Origin: Dehalococcoidia bacterium
GTDB taxonomy: Bacteria; Chloroflexota; Dehalococcoidia; UBA2979
DNA: 64,000 bases
Assembly: GCA_964291495.2 (NCBI GenBank)
Contig: OZ219872.1
Coordinates: 544,001 to 608,000 of the forward strand
Direction: 5' to 3'
Shown: one piece after another, positions 1 through 9,117 of the stretch
How the letters are laid out: the number at the start of each line of letters is the position of its first letter
How positions within the stretch are numbered: the stretch's first letter is position 1
Notes under the pieces: model-generated
What the model saw: only the letters and a program-made list of their open reading frames with translations
What the model was told of the DNA's origin: nothing
Database searches by the model: none
Program-made: the position numbers and the translations under genes

Positions 1-416
1 TCGACGGGGGCATCAACTTCCTCGGCAACATGTTCAGCGCGCGCACGCCGCTGCTCTGGACCTGCTCACTGATCCACGACGCGGAGGCCCCGCCGGAGAC
101 AATCCTCGAGGCCGCCGAGGGGGTGATCGCGCCCCTGCGCGAGACGGCGATCGACGCCGAGGCGTTCGAGCTCGCCCTCGTGAAGGCGCGCTCCGGCCTC
201 TACTCCACGGTCGGCGGCGGGATGTTCCCGGCGATCGGACTCGCCGACCTGCTGGCCTCGTTCACGCTCTTCGACGACGACCCGGAGCGCGTCAACCGCC
301 TGGAGGCGGAGCTGCGCGCGCTCAGCCCGGAGTTGGTCCTCGAAACGGCGCGCGAGTACCTGCGCCCCGAGGCGCGCACCGTGATCGCCGTCGAGCCGGG
401 AGCGGGCGCGCCATGA
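1..416 (+). CDS. M16 (pitrilysin/insulinase) family peptidase, C-terminal part (5' truncated by window)
   Basis: ORF open from window edge; ends in a typical M16 C-terminus (LRALSPELVLETAREYLRPEARTV); overlaps next M16 gene (ATGA). Confidence 0.7.
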   Translation, partial: DGGINFLGNMFSARTPLLWTCSLIHDAEAPPETILEAAEGVIAPLRETAIDAEAFELALVKARSGLYSTVGGGMFPAIGLADLLASFTLFDDDPERVNRLEAELRALSPELVLETAREYLRPEARTVIAVEPGAGAP

Positions 417-1729
417 GCGCGCGACCGTCCGCGGGCGCACCGGCCGCGTTCCGCCTGCCGGAGCGCACCGAGCTGACGCTCGGCAACGGCCTGCGCGCCA
501 CCCTCGTGCAGTACGGCGCCGTGCCGAAGGCGTCCCTGCGGCTGTCCCTGCGCGCCGGCGGCCTCAACGAGCGCGAGGGCGCCTCGGGACTCGCGGTGCT
601 CGCCTCGCGCTACCTCAAGGAGGGCGCGGGCGACCTCGACGCGGGCGAGCTGGCGGCGCGCATCGCCCGCTGCGGCGGGCTGCTCGACACGCACAGCGGC
701 GACGACATCACGACACTCGACGTGCAGGTGCTGTCCGAGTCCACGCCCGAGGCGCTGCGGCTGCTCGGCGAGGTCGCCACCCGTCCGCGCCTGCCGGAGG
801 GCGAGCTGGAGCGGCTGCGCGCCGAGCTGCTCCGCGAGCTGGCCGTCGCCTCGACACAGCCCGACGTGCTCGCGCTGGAGCGCTTCCACACCGCGCTGTA
901 CGGGAACCACCCCTACGCCCGCGTGCTGCCCGCGCGGGAGGACGTGGAGGCGCTCGGCATCGAGGACGTGCGCGGCTTCGCCGGCGAGGAGTTCGGCGCG
1001 GCGCGGGCGCACGTCTACGTCGCGGGCCGCTTCGACCTCGATGCGACCGAGCAGGCGCTGCGCGAGGCCTTCGAGGGCTGGAACGCCGGACCGGAGCCGC
1101 TGATCGCGCCGCCCTCGCCGACCAGCGAGCGCGCGATCTACCTCGTGGACCGCCCCGGCGCGGAGCAGTCGACGATCCGCCTGGGGCTGCCGGCGCCCGA
1201 CCCCTCGCACGAGGACTACCTGCCGCTCACGGTGGTCGATACGCTGCTCGGCGGCGCGTTTATGTCGCGCATCACCCTGAACCTGCGAGAGGACAAGGGC
1301 TACACCTACTCGCCGCGCAGCACCATCGCCGTGCACTACCGCGACGCCTACTGGATGCACGCCTCGGACGTGACGACGGCGCACACCGGCGACTCGCTGC
1401 ACGAGATCTTCGCCGAGATCGACCGCCTGCGCGCCGAGCCGCCCTCGGCCGAGGAGCTCGAGGGCGTCCAGCGCTTCATGGCCGGCGGGATGCTGGTGCG
1501 CAACGCGACGCCCGCCGGCCTGCTCGGGCAGCTCGGCTTCCTCGACTTCCACGAGCTGGGCGCGAGCTACGCCGAGCAGTACGTCGATCGCGTCCATGCC
1601 GTCACGCCGCAGCAGGTCAGCGATCTCGCGACGGCGTACCTGCGCCCGGAGAAGATGACGATCGCGATCGGCGGGGACGCCTCGGTGATCGGCGAGCAAA
1701 TCGCCCCGTATGGTGCTATCACTACGTAG
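413..1729 (+). CDS. M16 family peptidase, non-catalytic partner subunit
   Basis: LGNGLR N-terminus and SRITLNLREDKGYTY motif; lacks HxxEH. Confidence 0.85.
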   Translation: MSARPSAGAPAAFRLPERTELTLGNGLRATLVQYGAVPKASLRLSLRAGGLNEREGASGLAVLASRYLKEGAGDLDAGELAARIARCGGLLDTHSGDDITTLDVQVLSESTPEALRLLGEVATRPRLPEGELERLRAELLRELAVASTQPDVLALERFHTALYGNHPYARVLPAREDVEALGIEDVRGFAGEEFGAARAHVYVAGRFDLDATEQALREAFEGWNAGPEPLIAPPSPTSERAIYLVDRPGAEQSTIRLGLPAPDPSHEDYLPLTVVDTLLGGAFMSRITLNLREDKGYTYSPRSTIAVHYRDAYWMHASDVTTAHTGDSLHEIFAEIDRLRAEPPSAEELEGVQRFMAGGMLVRNATPAGLLGQLGFLDFHELGASYAEQYVDRVHAVTPQQVSDLATAYLRPEKMTIAIGGDASVIGEQIAPYGAITT

Positions 1730-2481
1730 TGAGGGACCGATCCGTGTCGAACACCAACAGCCGCGCGCCGCAGATCGCCGACTTCGATCCGACGCTGCGG
1801 GTCAAGCGAAAGCCCTACCACGAGCGGCTGCAGGAGCTGCAGCTCGAGCTGCTGCACCTGCAGGTGCGGATGCGCGACGACGAGAACGCAGCGGCCGCGA
1901 TCATCTTCGAGGGCGTCGACGCGGGCGGCAAAGGCGGCACGATCGCGCGCCTCGCGGGACACCTCGATCCGCGCGGGGTGCGCGTCCACGGGATCGGCGC
2001 GCCGACATCGCTGGAGCTGCTGGGGCACTACCTGCAGCGCTTCCACGCGCGCATGCCGCGGCGCGGGCGGATCGCCGTCTTCGATCGCTCCTGGTACGGG
2101 CGCGTGCTGGTCGAGCGCGTCGAGGGCTTCACGCCGCGATCGGACTGGGAGCGCGGCTACCGCGAGATCAGCGAGTTCGAGCGCCAGTACCACGACGGCG
2201 GAACGGTCATCATCAAGTTCTGGATGCACATCTCCAGGGAGGAGCAGCTGCGCCGCTTCGAGCAGCGCGGCTCGGACCCGTTCAAGCGCTACAAGCTGAC
2301 CGCGGACGACTGGCGCAACCGCGATGCGTGGGACCTCTACATGCACGCGGCGGACGAGATGTTCGAGCGTACCCACACCGAGATCGCGCCCTGGGTGCTC
2401 GTCAGCGCCGAGCAGAAGCGCTACGCCCGCCTCGTCGTCCTCAGCACGGTGGTCGACCGGCTCCGCGAGGCGTTCGGGTAG
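1729..2481 (+). CDS. ppk2: Polyphosphate kinase 2 family protein
   Basis: EGVDAGGKGG Walker A, FDRSWYGRVLVERV, KFWMHIS motifs. Confidence 0.93.
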   Translation: MRDRSVSNTNSRAPQIADFDPTLRVKRKPYHERLQELQLELLHLQVRMRDDENAAAAIIFEGVDAGGKGGTIARLAGHLDPRGVRVHGIGAPTSLELLGHYLQRFHARMPRRGRIAVFDRSWYGRVLVERVEGFTPRSDWERGYREISEFERQYHDGGTVIIKFWMHISREEQLRRFEQRGSDPFKRYKLTADDWRNRDAWDLYMHAADEMFERTHTEIAPWVLVSAEQKRYARLVVLSTVVDRLREAFG

Positions 2482-2505
2482 CCAGCGGGACGCCCGCCAC
2501 GGCGC

Positions 2506-2871
2506 CTATTCGCGGACCAGCTCCCGGACCCCGGCCAGCGTCGCCTCGGCGCGCATCCAGCCGTCGAGCTGTCCGGCGGTCTCCTCGGACGGGTCGAGGA
2601 TGGCGCTGATACGGTTCGCGAACGGGGACCCCTCGGCGTAGATCCAGACCAGGTCCTCCTGGTATCCGGGCAGCTCCGCCGGGAAGTGCGCGAGACCCTG
2701 CCAGTGGAGCCGTCTCCCGATCCCCGCCCGGACCTGACGACCCAGCTTCTGCCTCCCGTAGGCGTTCCGCAGGTCGCGCATCGACGTCTTCCAGACACCC
2801 CCGCAGCTCTCGACGCGGCTCGCAAGCTGTTCCCAGAAGTCAACGTCCATCTCGCTCTTCCCCCGGCTCAT
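2506..2871 (-). CDS. Hypothetical protein (121 aa)
   Basis: Protein-like composition; TATGAT-like box upstream; no recognised motif. Confidence 0.65.
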   Translation of the reverse strand: MSRGKSEMDVDFWEQLASRVESCGGVWKTSMRDLRNAYGRQKLGRQVRAGIGRRLHWQGLAHFPAELPGYQEDLVWIYAEGSPFANRISAILDPSEETAGQLDGWMRAEATLAGVRELVRE

Positions 2872-2919
2872 GGCGCCTATTCACGAACATCATAGGCGCA
2901 CCTCGAGGCTGTCCATGAG

Positions 2920-3132
2920 GAGACCTTTGCGAAACTCCCACAAGCCCGATCCGCCCCCTCTCCCGGGGGAGAGGGCGGGGGTGAGGGGGAAGACTCCCGA
3001 GCGCCCCGAAACCCCCGATGGCGCAACGCAATCCTGGAGGTGGACCCTCCCTCACCCTAACCCTCTCCCCCGGGGAGAGGGGACCGGAGGGATGCGCTCA
3101 CTGCCCCGAGGAGAGGGTTACGCCAAGGTCTC
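2920..3132. mobile_element. MITE-like element with terminal inverted repeats and two inverted triplex-type motifs
   Basis: Left GAGACCTTTGCGAAAC (2920); right GTTACGCCAAGGTCTC (ends 3132); near-identical architecture at 10470-10764. Confidence 0.7.
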
Positions 3133-3172
3133 CTGCGGCGGAGGGCGTTGGCGTGGCGAGGGCAGGCGGCGC

Positions 3173-4087
3173 TCAGTCTCGCGCGGCTTCGCCTCCCGGC
3201 CGGCGGGGCGCGAGCGTCGCCGCGCCCTCGCGGGACTCGACGTACTCCCAGAGGGGCCAGGCGCCGCGCAGGCCGACGTCGTCGCCGCCGCTCGCGGGCA
3301 CCACCTGCGAGGGGTCGAGCAGCTGCGCGCTGTGCAGCTCGCCGAGCCGCTCGCGCAGCGGATCGAGCAGCAACGCGCCCGCCGAGGCGACCCCGCCGCC
3401 GATCACCACGCGCTCCGGCATGTAGGCCTCGATCGCGTTCGCGACGCCGACGGCGATCGCCGCCGCGATCTCGCGGAGCCAGCCGAGCGCTGCGGCGTCC
3501 CCCGCCTGCGCGCGTTTGGTGACCTCGGCGCCGCTCAGCCCGGAGAGCCGCTCGAGGGCGGGACCGGCCGCCAGCGATTCGAGGGTGCGCAGCTCGCGGT
3601 AGTCGATCGTCGACTGGCCGATCTCGGCCAGCGAGCGCTTGCCGTGCAGCAGTTGCCCGCCGATCACCACGCCGCCGCCGATACCGGTGCTGATCGTGAG
3701 GTAGACCATGTCGTCCGTCCCGCGGCCCGCGCCGTAGCGGTGCTCGCCGACGGCGGCGAGATCGGCGTCGTTGACGAGGACGGCGGGCAGGCCGCAGGCG
3801 TCGGCGAGGGGCTGCGCGGCGACGTGCCCCTCCCAGGCCAGCAGGTTGGGCATGCGCTCCGCGACGCCGTGTTCGTAGTCCACCACGGCCGGCACGCCGA
3901 CGACGGCGCCGCGCAGCGCCTCGCGCGCCTCGATCGCGACCTCGCGCATCAGGCGGGGCAGCGCGTCCGGATCGCCGGGCGGCGTCGGCCGCACCGAGCG
4001 GGCAACAATCCCGCCCTCGGGCGTGACGACGGCGACGCGCAGGTTCGTGCCGCCGAGATCGACGCCGAGGACCGCCTCGCGGGGCAT
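3173..4087 (-). CDS. ROK family sugar kinase (glucokinase-like)
   Basis: GVDLGGTN, VNDADLAAVGE, ISTGIGGG motifs. Confidence 0.9.
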   Translation of the reverse strand: MPREAVLGVDLGGTNLRVAVVTPEGGIVARSVRPTPPGDPDALPRLMREVAIEAREALRGAVVGVPAVVDYEHGVAERMPNLLAWEGHVAAQPLADACGLPAVLVNDADLAAVGEHRYGAGRGTDDMVYLTISTGIGGGVVIGGQLLHGKRSLAEIGQSTIDYRELRTLESLAAGPALERLSGLSGAEVTKRAQAGDAAALGWLREIAAAIAVGVANAIEAYMPERVVIGGGVASAGALLLDPLRERLGELHSAQLLDPSQVVPASGGDDVGLRGAWPLWEYVESREGAATLAPRRPGGEAARD

Positions 4088-4957
4088 CTAGGCCTCGCGC
4101 ACGGCGTGGCCGCCGAACTCGTTGCGCAGCGCGGCCAGCAGCCGCAGCGCGAAGGTGTGCTCGCCGCGCGAGGCGAAGCGCGCCCACAGCGAGCCCGCGA
4201 TCACGTCCACCGGCACGCCGCGCTCGACGCCCGCGATGACGGTCCAGCGGCCCTCGCCGGAGTCCTCGACGTAGGGCTGGATGCGGCTCAACTCGGGGTC
4301 GCCGGCCAGCGCGCGCTCGGCCAGCTCGAGCAGCCACGAGCGCACCACGGAGCCCTGCTGCCACAGCCCGGCGATCTCCGCGAGATCCAGCTCCTCGTCG
4401 TAGGCGTCGAGCAGCTCGAAGCCCTCGGCGTAGGCCTGCATCAGCCCGTACTCGATGCCGTTGTGCACCATCTTCACGTAGTGCCCCGCCCCGCTGGGGC
4501 CGAGGTGCGCGTAGCCGCCCTCGAGGGCGAGCGCCGCGAACAGCGGCTCGGCGTCCGTGAACGCGTCCGCTGCGCCGCCGACCATCAGGCAGTAGCCGTG
4601 ATCGAGGCCCCAGACGCCGCCGGAGACGCCGCAATCGAGGAAGCGCAGCCCGCGCTCGGCGGCCTGGCCGGCGCGGCGGATCGAGTCCGTGTAGCGGCTG
4701 TTGCCGCCCTCGATGATCAGGTCGCCCGCCGAGAGCAGGCCGAGCAGCTCCTGGAACGCGCTCTCCGTCGCCTCTCCCGCCGGGAGCATCAGCCAGACGG
4801 TGCGTGGCGGGTCGAGCGCGCCGACCATCGCCGCGAGCGAGTTGGCGTCCCGCAGGTCGGCGTCGAGGTCGTAGCCGACGACCTCGTGCCCGGCGCGGCG
4901 GAGGCGTTCGCGGATGCCGCCGCCCATGCGCCCGAGGCCGGCGAGGCCGATCTTCAC
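4088..4957 (-). CDS. gnd: 6-phosphogluconate dehydrogenase (decarboxylating, short type)
   Basis: GLGRMG, DCGVSGG, HYVKMVHNGIEYG, DSGEGRW, LRNEFGGH. Confidence 0.95.
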   Translation of the reverse strand: MKIGLAGLGRMGGGIRERLRRAGHEVVGYDLDADLRDANSLAAMVGALDPPRTVWLMLPAGEATESAFQELLGLLSAGDLIIEGGNSRYTDSIRRAGQAAERGLRFLDCGVSGGVWGLDHGYCLMVGGAADAFTDAEPLFAALALEGGYAHLGPSGAGHYVKMVHNGIEYGLMQAYAEGFELLDAYDEELDLAEIAGLWQQGSVVRSWLLELAERALAGDPELSRIQPYVEDSGEGRWTVIAGVERGVPVDVIAGSLWARFASRGEHTFALRLLAALRNEFGGHAVREA

Positions 4958-7596
4958 GCGCCCAGCTCCGCCAGCTCCTCGAGCGTCACGCGCGCGACGC
5001 GGCGGCCCAGCGCGAGCAGCGATTCGAGGTCGCCGAGCGCCTGCGCGCGCTGCAGCTCGCCGAAGCCGGCCGCCCGGCCGGGGATCGCGAGGTCATGGTC
5101 CTCCTCGCGCACGATCTGGATGCACACGGCGCTGTCCGGGCCGCCCTTGTGCAGCTGGCCGGTGGAGTGCAGGAAGCGCGGGCCGAAGCCGACCGTGGTG
5201 GCGACGCCGTAGCTGTCGCGGAGGCGCACACGGGCGGCCTGCAGCGCCTCGACGCTGGCCTCGCTGCGCGGCAAGAACGCCTGCAGCGCGATGTACTCGC
5301 CCGGCCGCATGCCCACCAGCAGCTCGGCGGCGCCGGGCGTCGAGGGCGCCTCGTTGCCGGTCGAGTCGCCGAGGATGCGCGCGGTCGCGTCCTTCGCCTG
5401 CTGCACGTTGGGTTCGTCGAAGGGCTGGACGTCGAGCAAGGAGCCGGCGACGGCGGTGGCGACCTCCCAGCGGTAGAACTCCGCGCCCAGACCGTTGGCG
5501 TCCGCTGTGGGCAACCGCGCGACCGGGTGGCCGGTCCGTTCGAGCGCTCCGAGGCCCTCGTGATCGCCGTACGCGACGAACAGCCGATCATCGCCGTAGA
5601 CCTCGGGCGGGCCGAGCGGCTCGCCCTCGACGGGCACGATGCCGCGGCCGTCCTTGCCGGTGGACTCCGCGACCAGCTGCTCGACCCAGGCCCCGAGGGC
5701 GGCAAGCGGCGGCGTCAGCACGAGCGTCAGCTTGTCGCGGCCGCTTGCCGCCGCCGCGCCGAGGACTGCGCCGAGCCGCACGCCGGGGTTGTCGGAGGGC
5801 GGTGCGCAGGCCCCGCAGGCGCGCTGCAGCTCCACGGCCGGCGCGAGCAGGCCGCGCAGATCGACGCCCAGCAAGGCCGCTGGCACGAGGCCGAAGTACG
5901 AGAGGGCGGAGTAGCGCCCACCGATGTCCGGCGGGTTGAGGAAGACCTGCCGGAAGCCTCGCTCCTCGGCGAGGACGGCGAGCGGCGTGCCCGGGTCCGT
6001 GATCGCGGCGAAGCGCGCGCCGTCCGGCACGCGCGACCAGAAGTAGTCGAGCTGCGAGCGCGTCTCCAGCGTCGTGCCCGACTTGCTGGCGACGACGTAC
6101 AGCGTGCGCGAGAGATCGAGGCGCGCATCGAGCGCGCGGATCTCCGCCGGGTCGGTCGTGTCGAGGACGGTCAGTGCCGGGTGGCCGGGCGCGCTGCCGT
6201 GCGTGCCGGCGATCACCTCCGCCGCGAGGCTGGAGCCGCCCATGCCGAGCAGCACGACGTCGTCGACGCCCTCGGCGACGGCCTCGCGGGCGAACGCCTC
6301 GATCTCCTCGACGCGTCCGGCGAACTCCTCCGGGGCCGTCAGCCAGCCGAGGCGGTCGGCGATGCCGGCCGGGTCGTCCGCCCAGAGCGTGTGGTCGCCC
6401 GCCTGCAGGCGGCCGGCGACGTCTTCGCGAGCGAGGCGGCCGAGCGCCTCGCTCGTGGCGTCGGTGATCGGGCCGAGGTTGCCCGCGATGCGGGCGCTGC
6501 CGGAGCGGATGGCGGTCAGCGCCTCGTCGATGCAGCGCAGCAGCGCCAGGAAGTCCGCCTCGAAGGCGTCGAGGCCGTCGACGAGCAACTGGTCCGTGAC
6601 CGCCTCGAGGTCCACGCCCGCCTCGCCGAGGGCGGCGAGCGTCGCCTCCGCCTCTGCCTCGTCCTCGCGCGTGATCGCGTGCGAGGCGTCGCCGTGGTCG
6701 GCGAAGGCGTTGAGCGTGGCCTCGGGCAGCGTGTTCACCGTGTCGGGCGCGACGAGGTTGTCGACGTAGAGCACGTCGGAGTAGGCCGCGTTCTTCGTGC
6801 CGGTCGAGGCCCAGAGCGGGCGCTGCACGCGCGCGCCCGCGGCCGCGAGGCCGTCCCACATGCCGCCCGAGAAGACCTCGGCGAAGCGCGCGTAGGCGGC
6901 GCGCGCGTTGGCGATGCCCGCCTTCCCGCGCAACGGCGAGTCGTCCGGCAGCCGCCCGTCCACCTGCGTATCGACGCGCGAGACGAAGAACGAGGCGACC
7001 GAGGCGATCGCCGAGAGGTCGCGGCCCGCCTCGAGGGCCCGCTCGAGGCCGGCGACGTAGGCGCGCGCGACCGCCTCGTAGACGGCGATGTCGAAGAGCA
7101 GGGTGATGTTGACGTTGACGCCCTCGCCGATCAGCCGCTCGACGGTCTCCGGCGCGTTCGGCGTGCCGGGCACCTTGATCATCACGTTGGGCCGGCCGAC
7201 CGCCTCTACGAGGCGGCGCGCCTCGGCGATCGAGCGCTGGGAGTCGTGCTCGACGCCCGGCGGCAGCTCGAAGGAGACGTAGCCGTCCGCGCCGCCGCCC
7301 GCCTCGTAGATCGGGCGCAGCGCGTCGGCGGCCCGGCGCAGGTCGGCGCCGGCGAGGCGCACGAAGGCGTCGTAGGGGTCGCTCACTCCGGCGTCGGCGA
7401 GGGCGCGCAGCTCGTCGTCGTAGTCCGAGGAGCCGGCGATCGCCTTGCCGAAGATGGTCGGGTTGGAGGTCAGCCCGGAGACCCACTCGTCGTCGATCAG
7501 GCGCTGCAACTCGCCGGAATCGAGGAAGCCGCGGCTGATGAAGTCGAGCCAGGTGCTCTGGCCCTGCTCGTGCAGGAGCGCAAGCGACTCGCTCAT
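4954..7596 (-). CDS. tal-pgi: Bifunctional transaldolase / glucose-6-phosphate isomerase
   Basis: GLTSNPTIF, NVMIKVP, SFFVSRVD (Tal) followed by GMGGSSL, SKSGTTLE, GGRYSALS (PGI); GGAGG RBS before ATG 7596. Confidence 0.93.
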   Translation of the reverse strand: MSESLALLHEQGQSTWLDFISRGFLDSGELQRLIDDEWVSGLTSNPTIFGKAIAGSSDYDDELRALADAGVSDPYDAFVRLAGADLRRAADALRPIYEAGGGADGYVSFELPPGVEHDSQRSIAEARRLVEAVGRPNVMIKVPGTPNAPETVERLIGEGVNVNITLLFDIAVYEAVARAYVAGLERALEAGRDLSAIASVASFFVSRVDTQVDGRLPDDSPLRGKAGIANARAAYARFAEVFSGGMWDGLAAAGARVQRPLWASTGTKNAAYSDVLYVDNLVAPDTVNTLPEATLNAFADHGDASHAITREDEAEAEATLAALGEAGVDLEAVTDQLLVDGLDAFEADFLALLRCIDEALTAIRSGSARIAGNLGPITDATSEALGRLAREDVAGRLQAGDHTLWADDPAGIADRLGWLTAPEEFAGRVEEIEAFAREAVAEGVDDVVLLGMGGSSLAAEVIAGTHGSAPGHPALTVLDTTDPAEIRALDARLDLSRTLYVVASKSGTTLETRSQLDYFWSRVPDGARFAAITDPGTPLAVLAEERGFRQVFLNPPDIGGRYSALSYFGLVPAALLGVDLRGLLAPAVELQRACGACAPPSDNPGVRLGAVLGAAAASGRDKLTLVLTPPLAALGAWVEQLVAESTGKDGRGIVPVEGEPLGPPEVYGDDRLFVAYGDHEGLGALERTGHPVARLPTADANGLGAEFYRWEVATAVAGSLLDVQPFDEPNVQQAKDATARILGDSTGNEAPSTPGAAELLVGMRPGEYIALQAFLPRSEASVEALQAARVRLRDSYGVATTVGFGPRFLHSTGQLHKGGPDSAVCIQIVREEDHDLAIPGRAAGFGELQRAQALGDLESLLALGRRVARVTLEELAELGA

Positions 7597-7743
7597 GGGT
7601 CGGACCTCCTCGGACACGGGGAGCGGGCGCACGGCCGTCGTGCGCATCGTAGTCGAGATTCGGCTGCATGGCAGCGCCTCCGCCCGCCGGGCGAAGCCTT
7701 CGATGGCGGATGAGGCCACGAGGCCGCCCGCGCGCCCTTCGTG

Positions 7744-8190
7744 GGGGGCTGCGCCCCCCACACCCCCATCCCGGACGAGCACGCGCTACGCGCGGCTCGA
7801 ACCCGCCCACCCACCCTCGGATTTCTCTTCTGTGGGGGCTTCGCCCCCACGCCCCCATAGGTCCGCCGCGCGCCACGAGCCCCGAGCGCGCACCCGATTC
7901 CCAAGGCCGGATCCGCCCCCTCTCCCTGGGGAGAGGGCGGGGGTGAGGGGGAGACTCCCGCGCACCCCCGAACCCAGCGAGGGCGCACCCAACTCCCGAC
8001 GCCGGATCCGGCCCCCTCTCCCCGGGGAGAGGGCGGGGGTGAGGGGGAGACTCCCGCGCGACCCCGAACCCAGCGAGGGCGCACCCAACTCCCGACGCCG
8101 GATCCGGCCCCCTCTCCCTGGGGAGAGGGCAGGGGTGAGGGGGAAGACTCCCGCGCGACCCCGAACCCAGCGAGGGCGCACCCAACCCCG
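7744..8190. repeat. Mosaic repeat: module B plus three tandem ~96-bp units, each with a triplex-type motif
   Basis: Units start near 7909, 8004 and 8100, each with CCCCCTCTCCC.GGGGAGAGGGC.GGGGTGAGGGG. Confidence 0.9.
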
Positions 8191-8281
8191 GAGGGCGGTC
8201 CGCCCCCGCGTCCACTCGCCGCGGGAGGGGAATCGGAAGCGTCGCTATACTCCGCAGGCGAAGACCGAGCGGAGGTGGGCG

Positions 8282-9085
8282 ATGGGCGAGTTCGTGCAGT
8301 ACGAGGTGGAGGGCCGGATTGCGACGGCGACGCTGAACCGCCCGGAGCGGCTCAACGCGATGAACACGCCGCTGATCAACGAGCTGGTCGGCTACCTCGA
8401 GCAGGCCGCGGACGACCCCGGCGTACACGTCGCCATCGTGCAGGGCGCGGGCCGCGCCTTCTCGACTGGCTACGAGATCGGCGAGCAGCGCGAGCACAAC
8501 CGCGAGTGGTCGCCCGCACTGGACCGCGATCTGATCGAGACGCGCCTGCTCACCTGGCTGCGCATCCCCGAGATCCGGCTGCCGATCATCGCCAAGGTGC
8601 ATGGCTACTGCATCGCCGGCGCCACGCAGCTCGCGAGCATCTGCGACGTGACCTTCGCCGCCGAGGACACGCGCGTCGGCAGCGGGCCGCAGCTGCCCCT
8701 CGGCGCGGGCTTCGTGACGGCCTTCTGGGCCTGGCACATCGGACCGAAGCGCGCGAAGCGCTACGCCTTCCCCTCGGGCGAGTTCATCACGGGCACCGAG
8801 GCGGCCGAGCTCGGCCTCTTCAACGAGGCCGTCCCGGCGGATCAGCTCGACGCCTACGTCCTCGACTACGCACAGCGCATCTCGCTCGTCCCGAAGGACG
8901 TGCTCGTGATCCACAAGCTGACCGCGAACCGCATCCAGGAGATCCAGGGCTTCCGCTCCTCGCTCCGCGCCGGTGCCGAACTGGACGCCATCGCCCACTT
9001 CTCCCCCGAGGTCGAGAAGCTGCGCGCCAGCGCGCGCGAGCTGGGCGTGCGCGGCGCCATCGACGCCTGGAGGGCGCAGCTCTAG
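8282..9085 (+). CDS. Enoyl-CoA hydratase/isomerase family protein
   Basis: TLNRPERLNA, GRAFSTGYEI, IAKVHGYCIAGA; GGAGG RBS. Confidence 0.9.
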   Translation: MGEFVQYEVEGRIATATLNRPERLNAMNTPLINELVGYLEQAADDPGVHVAIVQGAGRAFSTGYEIGEQREHNREWSPALDRDLIETRLLTWLRIPEIRLPIIAKVHGYCIAGATQLASICDVTFAAEDTRVGSGPQLPLGAGFVTAFWAWHIGPKRAKRYAFPSGEFITGTEAAELGLFNEAVPADQLDAYVLDYAQRISLVPKDVLVIHKLTANRIQEIQGFRSSLRAGAELDAIAHFSPEVEKLRASARELGVRGAIDAWRAQL

Positions 9086-9117
9086 GCGCGGCTCCGGCCG
9101 GCGCCGGCGGCGTTCCG

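Noticed and set aside
3055-3064. Telomere-like CCCTAACCCT / TTAGGG sequence (also near 33681, 52339 and 61827)
   Set aside because: A single unit forming the linker of the triplex motif, not an array
7909-8190. Possible CRISPR array (regular repeats; also 10628-10745)
   Set aside because: Whole units are duplicated with no unique spacers, and there are no cas genes
5588-8998. 1136-aa ORF and many other long Arg/Ala/Pro-rich alternative-frame ORFs
   Set aside because: Shadow ORFs of high-GC coding DNA that overlap well-supported genes and have no motifs
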